Positions 25,399-38,436 of a stretch of 64,000 nt of DNA are shown here, piece after piece. The notes beneath the pieces are model-generated. The model was not told the origin of the DNA and did not search any database. It saw only the letters and a program-made list of their open reading frames with translations. Source of the DNA: Narcine bancroftii (lineage: Eukaryota); NCBI RefSeq assembly GCF_036971445.1, contig NC_091472.1, positions 182,838,001 to 182,902,000 on the forward strand. The letters run 5' to 3'. Position numbers and translations under genes: made by a program. The first letter of the stretch is position 1; each line of letters starts with the position of its first letter.

Positions 25399-28300
25399 CG
25401 CAATCTAAGGTAAAGGAAAACACCGACAGGAGGGGGGCTAAGCTGAGGAGCAGGCAACCACGGCGCAACCAGTTGAGGGACACCTGACACCAGGGCTCTC
25501 AGCTGGAAGATGAGGAAAGAGGCAGGAGAGGGAGTGAAGTACCAGGTGAGAAAGAAAGTCGACGGGGTGAACGGCAAGAGGAGCAGCAGCAGGAGGCTTG
25601 ACACGTGAGCAGCTCAGGAGAGGACCAACAGCAAAAGGCTAAGCAAGAAGAGACCCGACAAAGTGAGACAAGCAACTCATCAGAAAAATCAGAAGAGACA
25701 CAGATACAAAGAAGAAAAGAAGAAGACACAAACACAGGTACAGACACAGAAGAAGAGGAAGTAGAAGACCAAGATCTTCACAGAGAAATAGAAGGTAAAA
25801 CAGATGGACAGAACATAGATAAAGGATTTTTTTGAAGAACAAATGAGAGCATTAAAAGAATGGTTGTCATTAGAATTTAGTGCAATTAAAAGAAAAATGA
25901 AAAGAACAGAAGATAAAATGCAAAGATTTGAACTTGTCATGACAGAAATAGGGAAAAGAGTAGAAAATGTGGAAGAACGAGAAACGGCTGTAGAAATGGA
26001 AGTAAACAACTAGAGAGGAAAATTGGAAGAAAGTGATAAAAAAATTAAAGAGACACAAGAGTTGTTAGCTCAGAAAATTGATATGTTGGAAAATTATAGT
26101 AGGCGAAACAACATAAAAATAGTGGGCCTGAAGGAGGGTGAAGAAGGCACAGACATGAAGGAATTTATAAAAGGATGGATCCCGAAGGTCGAACGACAGA
26201 AATGCAGGAAGAAATGGAAACAGAAAGGGCACACAGAGCATAACGACAGAAATGCAGGAAGAAATGGAAATAGAAAGGGCACACAGAGCATTAGCTCCAA
26301 AACCACAGGCACATCAAAAATCAAGATCCACCTTAGTAAAATTTTTGAGATATATGACAAGAGAAAATATACTGGAGCGGGTAAAGAGAAAATATACTGG
26401 AGCAGGCAAGGAATAAAATTAGAGAAGATGATAAACCATTGGAATACAAGGGTCAAAAAATATTTTTTTTACACAGATATAAGTTTTGAACTCTTAAAGA
26501 AGAGGAAAGAGTTTAATACCGCAAAATCAATCATATGGAAAAAAGGCTATAAATTCATGTTAAAACATCCAGCTGTGCTTAAAATATTTATCCCCAGGGA
26601 GCAAAACAGACCGTTCTTGGATCCGGAGGAAGTACAAGAATTTGCAGAACGCTTGCAGGACAGAAGGAGAGATGAAGAGATGTAATAAGAATGAAGAACG
26701 GCGATAAAGTATATATAAAGATGTAAAAACAATGTATATGTAAAGAACTAAAGAAGGGAAAGAGAAGGGAAGGAAGGAAGTAAGGAAGGGAAAAAGGGAG
26801 AACTTTGTTATATGTTTTTAAAAAAAGTGTTTTATGGGGGGGTGGGGAGAGAATACCTGTCACTGCGAAATCAGTTGACGTTTGCGAGCAGGATCGCAAT
26901 CCAAATGGAAAGGGGAGTTGTGGTTGCGCGGCAAGGGATAAGGGGCAACTCGGGGGGTGAGAGGTATTTGGGGTTAAGGTAATATTGGATGTGGGAGTTG
27001 TTGGAGTATTTTATGTTTTAAATGTTTTAAATACATTAAGTTTAAAAAGGGAAAAGTGAGAGTTGAAAATGGGGAAAAGGGGGATGGGGGTGGTGAGGAA
27101 GTGAAAATGAGGTGTAAACAGGATATGAGATGGCCACATTGAACTATATGACTATAAACATTAATGGAATACATAACCAAATTAAAAGGAAGAGGCTATT
27201 AAATTTACTGAAAAAAAGAAAAAATAGATATAGCATTTGTGCAGGAAACGCATCTAACTGAAGTGGAACATAACAAATAAAAGAGACACGTAGCGGCAGC
27301 ATCATATAATTCAAAAGCTAGAGGTGTAGCCATATTAATTAATACAAATGTACCAATCAAATCAAGGAAATAATAGATCCAGCAGGGATGTATATAATGA
27401 TAAAGTGTCAGATATATTCAGAATTTTGGAATTTGCTCAATATATATGCACCTAATGAGGAGGATCAAAAGTTTATGCAGGATATCTTTTTGAAGATTGT
27501 AGATACACAAGGAAATATATTGATAGGAGGGGATTTTAACCTTAATTTGGATCCAATGTTGGATAAAACTGGTCAAAAGACAAGTAAAAAGAATTAAGTG
27601 GCCAAATTTATGGTTAAATCAATGCAGGAAATGAAACTTATGGATATATGGAGGAGGCAGCACCCAAGAGAGAAGGAATACTCATATTATTCAAGTAGGC
27701 ATAAAACATACTCAAGAATTGATATGTTTTTGTTGTCAGCCGATATTCAAGGGAGAGTTAGGAAAAGTGAGTATAAAGCTAGACTACTATCTGATCATTG
27801 ACCCCTGTTATTAGCAATAGAACTGGAGGACATCCCACCAAGAACATATAGATGGAGGTTAAACCCCATGCTACTTAAAAGGCAGGAATTTAGAGAGTGT
27901 ATTGAACGCCAAATTAAAACATATTTTGAAATAAAAACGGAAGCAGTGAAAGACAAATTTATATTATGGGACGCAATGAAAGCCTTCATTAGAGGACAGA
28001 TAATAAGTTATGTAACAAAGATGAAGGACTACAATTGGGAAATAGAGCAGTTGGAAAGGGAGATAGAAAGTACGGAAAAGGAACTAGTGAAAAGGGATGA
28101 TATAATGAAAAGGAGAGAATTGGCAGACAAAAACATAAAATACGAAACATTACAAACGTACAAAGTGGAGAAGAACAAAATGAAAATAAAGCAAAAGTTT
28201 AACAAACTGGGAGAAAAACCACATAAAATATTAGCCTGGCAACTTATAGCAGAACAAGCTAAAAGAAATGTATTGGTATCATGGAAAAAGAACAAACAAA

Positions 28301-30189
28301 TTACATATAACCCAATAGAAATTAATGAGAATTTTAAGGAATTTTATGAACAATTATACCAAACTGAGAACGAAGGGAAAAATGATAACAGAAGAGATTT
28401 TAGCTAAAATTGAACTGTCGAAATTGCAAGAAGAGAAACAAAACAAACTGATAAAACCATTTGAAATCGAGGAAGTACAGGATATATTAAAAAAGCTGCC
28501 GAACAATAAAACACCTGGAGAGGATGGATTCCCAATAGAATTCTATAAAACATTTAAAGAGTTATTAATTCCTCCTCTCCTGGAAGTAATGAACCAGATT
28601 GAAGAAACACAAAACTTGCCAGATTCATGTAAGACAGCAATAATTACAGTAATACCAAAGACGGGGAAGGATCCATTAACACCAGCATCATATAGACCAA
28701 TATCTCTACTTTATTCAGATTATAAGATAATAGTGAAATTATTAGCATACAGATTGGCCTATTGTGTACCAAAAATAGTAAAACAAGATCAAACTGGATT
28801 TATTAAGAAAAGACGAACAGTGGATAATGTCTGTAAACTTATTAATCTAATTCATGCAGTTCAAGGAAATAAGAAGCCAACAGTGGCTGTTACTTTAGAT
28901 GCAGAAAAAGCCTTTGACAGAGTAGACTGGAATTATTTATTTAAAGTATTACAGAGGTTCAATCTACCAGAAAAATATATTAATTGGATTAAAGCATTAT
29001 ATAATGGACCATTGGCAAAGGTAACAGTAAATGGATATGTATCGAACCAATTTAAATTAAGTAGGTCAACTAGATAGGGATGTCCATTATTCCCCCTCAT
29101 TGTTCGCTTTAACAATAGAACCATTGGCAGAACTGATAAGAGGAGAAAATAAAATAAAAGGGATTAAAAATAAAGGAGAGTTTATTTGCAGATGACATCA
29201 TAGTATACTTAACAGAACCAGAAATATCAATAAAAGAATTACATAAGAAATTGAAGGAATATGGAGAAATGTCAGGATACAAGATCACTGCAAATAAAAG
29301 TGAAGCGATGCCAATGAGTAATGCAGACTATACAGAATTTTAAAAAGAATCAACATTTAAATGGCAAACACAAGAAATCCGATACCTAGGTATTAGGTTA
29401 GATAATAACTTCAGCCACCTGTACAAACTAAATTATCAGCCACTAATAAAGAAATTGCAGGAAGACTTAGAACATTGGAAAGAATTACCGCTAACTTTGA
29501 TAGGGAGGGTAAATTTCATTAAAATTAATGTCTTCCCAAGGATACAATACTTATTTCATGTGAAAATGTTTTGGGAAGATCTAAATCAGATATTAAATAA
29601 AATCACAAAAAATAACATAGCAAAAAATCCAGAGATCTTTCTTCTAAGTAATATAAGAAGGAAGGAATTAGGCCTCAAATTGGATAAAGCACAAAAAAGA
29701 TTTATTTTGATAGTCTAAGCAGTAGCAAAAAAAAATGTATAATGTCAACTGGGAAAATGGAAGAGAGCCTGAGAATACAGCAATGATACATGGAAATGAA
29801 TAAATGTATTCCATTGGAAAAAATAACATACAATTTAAAAAATAAAGTCACATTATTTGAATAAATTTGGGAACCATACATGGAACATAAAAGAGAGGTC
29901 TTGTTTCGGACCTCCACCCCCTAAAATGATAAGAAGACAAAACTACTTGATCCAGTGTGTAAAAGTAGATGACACAATTTTCTTGTTTATTTTTCATTGT
30001 GTGATGACATTGATTAATGGTTTTATTGTATTGTATATGTTGAATATTTATTGGTTTTGGAGGGGGTGGGAAGGGGGAGGGAAGGTAGGGGGAAAAAAAG
30101 GGAGAAAATGCCAGTGTGTATATTTAATGAGAAATATTTTGGTTGATATGGTTCACAGCGTGAAAAATAAAAAAATTTATTAAAAAAAA
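25399..30189 (+). mobile_element. Near-full-length degenerate L1 (ORF1 about 25850-26685, ORF2 about 27127-29900)
   Basis: ORF1 LENYSRRNNIKIVGL; EN motifs NIYAPN, GGDFN, SDH; RT motifs PGEDG, SYRPISLL, LDAEKAFD, LFADD; AATAAA at 30166 plus A-tail; many stops and frameshifts. Confidence 0.95.
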
Positions 30190-30239
30190 GACCACATGCT
30201 TCAAAATCTGGATTTCCATCAATTCCTCCATTACCATTA

Positions 30240-31445
30240 CCATTGGAATTTCTATCAATTTGTTCGATACTGCAGGACCTCTACCCCCTATCTGATTTTT
30301 ACGGGTATCTTCACTGGTGAAGACGATCTAAAGTTCAACCCGTCAGCCATTTCCTTGCTTCTGTTTATAAGGGCCCAATTTTGGTCCTAACTAATTTTAT
30401 TTCCCCTTTACATACCTAAAGAAGCTTTTACTATCCCCTTTTATATTATTGCCTAGGTTTTTCTCCCATATAGCTTTCTTAGTTATCTTCTGTTGCTCTT
30501 TGAAGGTTTCCTACTCCTCTTTGCTATATTATACTTCCTCTCCTTGGTCTTGATACTGTTCTTGACTTCCTTTGTCAGCCAAGTCGCCTTTTGCTCACCT
30601 TAGAACCTTTCTTCCTCTTTGGAATGAACTGGTCCTGAACCTTTTGAAAATTGCCCAGAAATACCTGCCACTTTTGTTCCACTGTTCTCTCAGCCATGGG
30701 ATCCTATTTTATTTTGTCAAGCTTCTCCTTCATGGCTCCATAATCCCCTTTATTCAACTGTAATACTGATACTTCTGACTTTCTTTCCTTCTCCCTTTCA
30801 AATTGCTAATTAAAACCTACCATATAATGGTCACTATTAACTAATGGCTCCCCTATTTCAAGGTCCCTTATTAAATCTGCATAGTTACGCAACACCAAAT
30901 CCAGAATTGTCTTCCCCCTAGTGGGGTCCATCACAAGCTGCTCTAAGAATGTGTCCCAGAAACATTCTATAAACACATTTTATTGCAGTCCTGCACCAGC
31001 TAGATTTTCCCAGTCTACCTGCATGTTGAAATCCCCCATAAACAACTGTATCATTACCATTTTGACATGCCAATCTTAACTCCTGATTTATTCTGCCTCC
31101 CATATCTGAGCTACTGTTTGGGGCCTGTATATGTCCTCTTGCCCTTGCAATTTCTCAACTCTATCCAAACAGACTCTAATCCACCTGCTTTTATGTCACT
31201 CCTTTCAAGGGGCTGAAAATCATTCTTCACCTACAGAGCCACCCCACCCCCTCTACCCACCTGTCGGTTCTTTTGATAGCACGCATACCCTGGAATATTA
31301 ATTTCCCAAACCTGGCCCTCCTGCAACCATGTCTCCATTATTCCTATAGCATCATACCTAATATGCAGTTGAGCCTCAAGCTCATCCATTTTATTTCTTA
31401 TACTCAGTGGGTTCATGTATAATACCTTTAACCTGTTACTCCCCA
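30240..31445 (-). mobile_element. Decayed CR1 LINE (endonuclease region)
   Basis: LKVLYMN...SIRNKMDEL...ETWL...GRGGGVAL. Confidence 0.85.
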
Positions 31446-31917
31446 CACGCCTTATCTTGTTATCTTGTTACATCCTGCAGTTTGTACTACTCTTTGTGAT
31501 TCTGTATTTTTCATGAAATCACTCTAACTCTGGAACTTATTGGTGGTCATTAGATGTCTATGCCCAAACTACTAACCAAGAAAGCACCAACTACCTTTCT
31601 TTAACTTGAAGTGGTTTTTGATCTTCAGGAGGCCAACTAGTATTTTAACAAAAGGTGGTATACCTAATCTTTCCTCATCAAACATTTTTTACACTAATCC
31701 CTCAATAATCCTTTTTTTATACTGCTCCATTATTCCTATCCAACTCACAATTAATCTCTGCACTTTTGCTCTTGATCTAGAATAACCTCTAAAACAGATA
31801 GTACATTGGGTTACAGAAAACATGTGCTTGCCCTTTGCAAGTGAACATTTTTTTAAAAAGTCATTCACACATCATCATCATGGCACATGAATTCAACATC
31901 ATTTTGCCTAACATTAC

Positions 31918-32210
31918 CTGTACTTGTTCTTTTTTATTGGTGTACCTCCAGACTTGAGAGGGACTGATACCTGGCTGAGATCTCCATTTAGCCTTGTCTG
32001 TGGACTTGGAGACCACAATAATGCTGGTTGAGAACCAGCTTGAGAAACCCACGGTGGATCAAAAGCATCCAATGAATTCTGAAGCTTGCTTGAAGGTCCA
32101 AATAAGGTTTCATCCACATAGGAGGTCTTTGCACTGACTCTATAATGCCTTTGTCCCTTATTACTTGTACGGCAGGGTTGAATAGCAGTAATTGCTATAT
32201 CAGTTGACAT
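31918..32210 (-). CDS. RITA1: RITA1 first coding exon
   Basis: YRVSAKTSYVDETLFG...FDPPWV...TPIKKNKYR; acceptor at 32273; donor AG|GTAAT at 31917; joined CDS 861 nt = 286 aa. Confidence 0.93.
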
Positions 32211-33399
32211 GACAACAGCTTAAGATTGGTTGTTGCATGCTGGACTGGTCTTTCAGGTCTGATAAAGTCACTCTAAAGACAAGAATATTAAAGGTTTTTT
32301 TAAGCACTAAATTTTGCACACCACACACCTAGTACCTTGCAATGCTCTGAAAATTGTTAATACATACTGCAAGTATTTCGATTACAGTTTGGTGCCAGCA
32401 TCCATGCCAAGATTATCCATTTCAGGAGGGACAAGTCAATAAGAGCTTGAAATACACACTGGATGTATTCAGTAGGTCAGGGAGACATTTTCGGGTCAAT
32501 GATCTTTCATCAGACCTGGAAATGTAAGAAACCAACCATGTTTCTTTCACTATTCCTTTTCAACTCTATTCATTATCCCATCTGTGTTCAATTATTTCTC
32601 ACCCCTTTAACTGTGCTCTATTTAATGAACTAACAAAAGGCTAAATTGTGCACACATTTTCTCCTAGTGTATCCTTGCATTACCATTAATGTTTTGCAGT
32701 CCCTTGGGGCCAGAGCAGTATACAGCAGCAACAAAGCTCAGGCAGTGGGTCCTGAGGCCCACATCAATGGTCTTAAGACAATTTCTAACTAACTCGGATA
32801 ATCAGGAATATTTGCAAGCAATGAAAAGAAATTCAATTAAAACAAAATTAAAACCTCCTTTAACTGCTATAAAAATTAATAACATTAATTAAAAGAAAAA
32901 ACATAACCTTTTCCATCCTGAGTTGCCAATCCCATTTAAATGAATGCCAGGCAGAGCTGACATTAAGTCATGGGACTAAATATAATACATTTTTGGTCCT
33001 AAGTCTTAATATGACTGCATTGGATGCACCCAGTATTTGACATTTTGATCTACATGCCTTAGCATCCAGCTGAAGAGAAGCATGATCTAAGGCCTACACA
33101 TCTTAAATGAATGAAAAATTGCAATAAAATGTAATTTAGAAAGGAATATCTTGCTTTAAAAAAATAAGATGGCAAACAATATAATCTTAATGCGTCGAAA
33201 TAATTGGGCAAGTTGAACTTTCCCTCTATCTAGTAGTGATGCGTGCAGTTGCAGGCCTGACTGTGACAAGTAGCTTTATGGAAATAGTGAAAACCAAACA
33301 ATATACATATAAATATAACATACAATTGATGTGGAGGAAGACCATGTATTTTCTTAAAAACTAACTCTGAAGACTCACTTCAGTTTTCTTTTTTAAAAT

Positions 33400-33620
33400 T
33401 TTATTAAATTTAGACATGCCTCACAGTAAAAGGCCCTTTTCGCCCACAGGTCCACGCTGCCAAATTACACCAATGGCCCTAAAACCCCAAGTACATTTTT
33501 AAAGGGTGAGACGAAACCGGAGCCCCAGGGAGAGCGTACAAACTCCTTAAAGTGTGGGATTCAAACCCCTATCCTGATAGCTGGCGTTGTAACAGCGTCA
33601 TGCTAACTGCAACACCATCC
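33400..33620 (-). mobile_element. Probable SINE fragment
   Basis: B-box-like gggtttgaatccc on minus; pattern recognition only. Confidence 0.4.
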
Positions 33621-34317
33621 TCGACATGACAACATAAAAATAATGTAGTATTATTTCTATCAAAAATTAGAGTCATTGTTCCTCTAAAATGTAATTGCAA
33701 TTGGAAAATTATTTAATATTATTTATAATTTTCATCAGTGGGTATTTTCTCTGACAAAAGCTATCAATAACATTGCTCATGTTATTTTCAACCTAACCCA
33801 AACCTAAAACAACTTGGGTTTTTTGAGCACATGGAAAATGGCCAACAAAACAGCAGTATTAATAATTATCATAGCTTTTATCATTTATAAAGGGCATCTT
33901 TTTTGCAAAAAAAGTTAAGATCATTTTAAGTATTTGGCTGTACATTTTTAAAAATAAGAAATTTAGGTGCCTATACATGAAGGTTGGAATTCTGCATAAA
34001 CAGCTAATGTATTAAAGAAGATAGACACAAAAGCTTCAGGGGCTGGAATCTTGAGCAAACAAAGGATTGCTGGAGGAACTCAGCATCCAGTTAGACAGCA
34101 TCCATGAAAATAAATTGCCAGTCAACACCAAATGTGAACTCTTCAAGTCAAAATCACATTTAGAAAAATGAGGAAAGCTGAGAGAGGGTCCCAGAAGTGA
34201 TAAGAGTAAGGACGGACGGTGTGAGAAGTCAAGAGACAGGTAGAGGGAGAAACCATGGGGGTGGGGGGGAAGAAAAGCTAGTGGAGAAAAATATATAAGA
34301 GTACATAAAGAAGTGAT

Positions 34318-35070
34318 AGGAACATAGGAAGTAGGAACAGGAGTAGGCCAAAAATGGCCTATCGAGCCTGCTCTGCCATTCAATACGATCATGGCTGATC
34401 TAATTTATGACCTACCTGCCTTCTCCCCATATCCCCCAATTCCTCTATCATGTAAAAATTTATCTAACTGAATTTTAAATATGCTTAATGAGGCAGCCTC
34501 AGCCACTTCCCTGATTAGAGAATTCCAAACATTCACTACTCTCTGGGAAAAACTATTTTTCCTCATCTCTGACCTAAATCTACTCCCCCAAATCTTGAAA
34601 CTGTGTCCTCTCGTTTTAGTTTCCCCAGCCAGCTCAAAAAACCTTCCTACATCTATCCTATCCATACCCTTCATAATCCTATATGTTTCTATAAGATCTC
34701 CTCTCATTCTTCTGAACTCGAGTGAACACAATCCTAGATGATTTAATCTTTCATCATAAGTCAACCCCTTCATCCCAGGGATCAACCTAGTAAACCTCCT
34801 CTGGACCGTCTCCAAAGCCAGTATATCCTTCCTCAAATATAGAGACCAGAACTGGACACAGTACTCCAGGTGCGGTCTCACCAGTACCTTATACAGTTGC
34901 AACATTACCTCCCAACTCCTGAATTCAATTCCTCTAGCGATGAAGGCCAACATTCCATTTGCCTTCTTAATCTTAATAACCTACTGCACCTCCAACCTAA
35001 CTTTTTGCGATTCATGCACAAGCACTCCCAAGTCCCTCTGCACAACAGCATGCTGTAGTTTTTCACCCTT
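34318..35070 (-). mobile_element. CR1 LINE 3' end
   Basis: ORF 34405..34953 with LVRPHLEYCVQFW, RRMRGDLIETY, TRGH; 3' UTR and tail. Confidence 0.93.
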
Positions 35071-36259
35071 TTCAGATTGGGTATGGACTACCCAAAATTA
35101 GAGAAATTAATGTTCATGTGTTAGGGTTAAGGCTGTCAAGGTGGAACATGAAATCCATGATTCAATTACAAGGTGGGGTGTTAAGGCCCAGGCCTTGGAG
35201 TTTGCTGATCAGTTTTGAAGGGATGATGGTGTGTTGGTCAGTCATTGTAATTTGTGACCATCTAACTCTTAGAACCAAAACAGTTTTATTAAATGTACTA
35301 CAGGAAGTGAACAGGAAAAAAAATACATTTGAAAGATTTTATTCTTCTGTCAATCTATAATTCTGCTTCAGGTATTACCAGGCATTTGGTATCTGATGCA
35401 AGCTGTCCTCAAAAGTGGATATTTGACAGCTACATCCAAAATTGAGATAAGAGCCAAATACCAGACATCAAGATGAAAATTCACCATATTAGTTTTCAGT
35501 GATATTATTGAAGAAATAATCTTATTAGATAGTCAAAGATTACTTGATTCTTCATTGGCTTCATTAAGCACCTCATAATCCAATAAAACCAATGTGGGAA
35601 CTGGATGCTCTCCATAGAAGGGGCACACAGTGGCCACAGGGTAGGTCACTTAAGAGGCAGTTTACATATTCCTCAAGGGTAACAATACCACTTCAAATCT
35701 TCCTTCTCTATTTTGAGCAATCATGGGCCAGAAATTGAAAGCTACAATTTTTCAGGGAGGTTTTGAGTGCATGATTAAAATTTTTCTTCTGTTCACCTGA
35801 TTAGCCATTTCCATGAGTGAGTTCAGAATAGAATCCAGAAGTCTTGTGTAGAACTTGGCCTGACCAATTTTGCTGAGTAATTGTAGCTAGGGTCTCAATA
35901 ATTGTGATTTTGACCTGAAAGAGAACTTTCGTATTGTTTCACTATTTATCATTATTTACAGAAACAACGTGGGAGTAATTTTTTTTCAAGACACCCAAGA
36001 GCAGATACTAATGAGAACAATGGGATTACTTTCCTGCTCTTGGAGATAGTGTCATGGGATTTTTTTGAATCTAACGGAGCAGGAAAAAGACTCGTCTTCT
36101 GAGTGGTGGGCACAAAAGCAAAACCATAAACTATCCCACTGCAATGACTGCAGTTCAGGCAATATTTATGCAAGGGAATGAAGAGTCAACATTTCAAGTC
36201 TTGGAAATGTCAAATATCTATTTCCTTACACTACATGAACTATAGTTTAGCCTTTAATA

Positions 36260-36480
36260 CCATTATACCCTCAGTGCTGGTCAACAAGCTCCCAAACTTG
36301 GGCCTCTGCATTCCTCTCTGCAACTGGATCCTTGACTTCCTCATCAGAAGATGAGTCAATATAAATCGGAGAAGTCTCCTCCTCACTGACGATCAACACA
36401 GACACAGCTCAAGGATGCGTACTTAGCCCACTGCTTTACTCGCTCTACATCCATGACTGGTAGCCAGACACAATTGTGTA
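36260..36480 (+). mobile_element. Rex1/Babar-like RT fragment
   Basis: LCNWILDFL and QGCVLSPLLYSLY on plus. Confidence 0.7.
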
Positions 36481-37289
36481 AACTGGAGACATATAGGATA
36501 CTACAAATCTGAAAATAAAGTGACCAACTCTGAATAAATGGCTTTGCCTCAAAATGGCAACCAATATTCAAGATTTTATTTATTGTCACATAATAAAGGC
36601 AGTGGATTTGTTTTCGTCTGCCGTAAGGCAAACAAATTCGCCATCAGCAGATATTTCCTGAAGCGCCTCTAACAATCAGAGAAAGAAAAGCAAAAAGAGT
36701 TCTCACAGAGTCACCAAGTGTCTGTGGATTTGCCTCCATTGCTTCCGCAGCCCCCACTGCCACATAGAGCCCAGTCCAAGCCATCAGCACCGTGAGCTCA
36801 AGACCTGAACTCCATCACAATCAGGAACCTTTCAGTGCCCTCGTCAACCTCACGCATCCAGTTCCAATACCTGGTACCCCTTCAGCCAGACTTAAGTCAA
36901 TCTTCCACAGTCCGCAACCCAACATGAATCCCTCAATCAGTCACCAGCAGCCCACAGCCTGCATGGGTTCATCTCGAGTCACCAAAACCTGCCGCCTGAG
37001 TGTTTCTTCAACTGCAGAACCCCTCAATGGGGTCTCCTCTGCTTCTCCTTCACAAGCAGGGGTTGGCCTCCCCATGTCCTGGTGCCCTGCAGACTTCACA
37101 ATTGCAGAATTTTAAAATAAAACCATTTAGAGGCCATTTAAAGCCTGGACGGAACTGACAGCAGTCAGTTGGACCCTGTGGACCAGGTTGGACCCTGTGG
37201 GAGCACTGTTTCACTGCTCCCAGCTCTCTGTGAATTCACGGTGCTCATCATAGCTTGACCTGCCAAGTTCCTCCAGCAAATTTCAGTAA

Positions 37290-37700
37290 AAACACACAGA
37301 AATGCTGGAGGAACTCAGCTGGACTCGCAGTGCCATAGAAGGTAAAGCTATATCACCGATGTTTCAGGCCTAATGATACAAGATACAAGAACAGGAATGC
37401 ATCAGAATAAAGACTGAAGGATGGGATGGGAGGAATTCCGACCAACAAAAGGATTTGGTAAGAGGAAAAGTGAGAAATTATTTTGTGAAAGAAGACAGAG
37501 GGGAGAGAGAGAGGAAAGTCAACAGGGGGAAGAGAAGGGGTGGCTGGCCTTAACAGAAATCGGAGGTCGATGTTAATGCCATCTGGTTGCAGGGTGTCCA
37601 GACAGTAGATGAGGTGTTAATTTGGAGGGGTGGTCTCAGTTCATGAGGACGTGGGCAATCATGCCAGCAAGTGGAAAGGACGGGGAATTGAAATATACGG
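37290..37700 (-). mobile_element. Penelope-like element 3' relic
   Basis: Minus strand reads HLIYCLDTLQPDGINIDLR, resembling a GIY-YIG C-terminus; ctggaggaactcagc block. Confidence 0.55.
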
Positions 37701-37853
37701 GAGAGGCCGGGGGTGACCACAGCCTGCGCCCAGTCTCTCCGATGCAGATCGGCAGCGCACGCCCCCCTGCAGACGTGCGTGCCTCTCTCCAGCAGACTGC
37801 GTTTGCTTCCGTGTCGGAACGCGTCAGGAGTCAATGAACGCTTAGCCTCTCAC

Positions 37854-37930
37854 CCGAGCAAAGGACTGGCGGAACCCGAGGTCGGTGCAACGTCCTGAAC
37901 GGATCACGGCCCGCCGCACCGGACCGTCCG
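37854..37930 (-). other. RITA1: Putative non-coding first exon of RITA1 (start approximate)
   Basis: Donor CGG|GTGAGA at 37853 inside the CpG island, facing away from DDX54. Confidence 0.55.
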
Positions 37931-38286
37931 GCGAACACAGCTTAGCCCCGCCCTCGCCGCTACGTCATCCCGCTGAACGTCAAATCAGGAGTAACCAATC
38001 AGGATGAGGGGGTCGCAGCTGATCCGCCACGCCACCGGTACATCATAAATGTATCGTAAATATTTATAGCAGTATGATAAATATTTTGGAAGCAATTAAA
38101 TAAAAAGCTTCCACAGGACCATCACCTGTATGCAACTTAAAGGTGCATTGTTTATTGCCCCCCCCCATCCCTTGGTAACGTGAGTTCATCCGGTGACCTC
38201 TGACGTCGCCGCGGGTCAGGAACATGGCGGCGCCGAGTGGAAGCTGCTGACGGGCGCGTGTTCTGCTGCTTGACTCTCCGAGGAGC

Positions 38287-38436
38287 ATGGCGCAAAAGAA
38301 GAAGCGACTCAACCACAGACCCAGGAAGGCACGGATCCGCTCTCAGGGTCAGCGGTGGGACGTGGAGGTCGAGAGCGACGGCGGCGAGTTCGATTTGGTC
38401 CCTTCGGTCGAGGGAGACGCACCGAGGTTGAGCGAG
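38287..38436 (+). CDS. DDX54: ATP-dependent RNA helicase DDX54, exon 1
   Basis: MAQKKKR...ESDGGEFD; donor GAG|GTGGGT at 38437; 150 nt, in frame with exon 2. Confidence 0.85.

Noticed and set aside
23391-25604. 737-aa ORF with a hydrophobic signal-peptide-like N-terminus as a novel secreted or domesticated RT
   Set aside because: The first 68 or so codons are the antisense strand of the neighbouring L1 with a non-ATG start; the rest is a truncated RTE ORF nearly identical to dispersed copies
38248-38250. UGA as selenocysteine in DDX54
   Set aside because: The 3' UTR is outside the window so no SECIS can be assessed, and DDX54 is not a known selenoprotein
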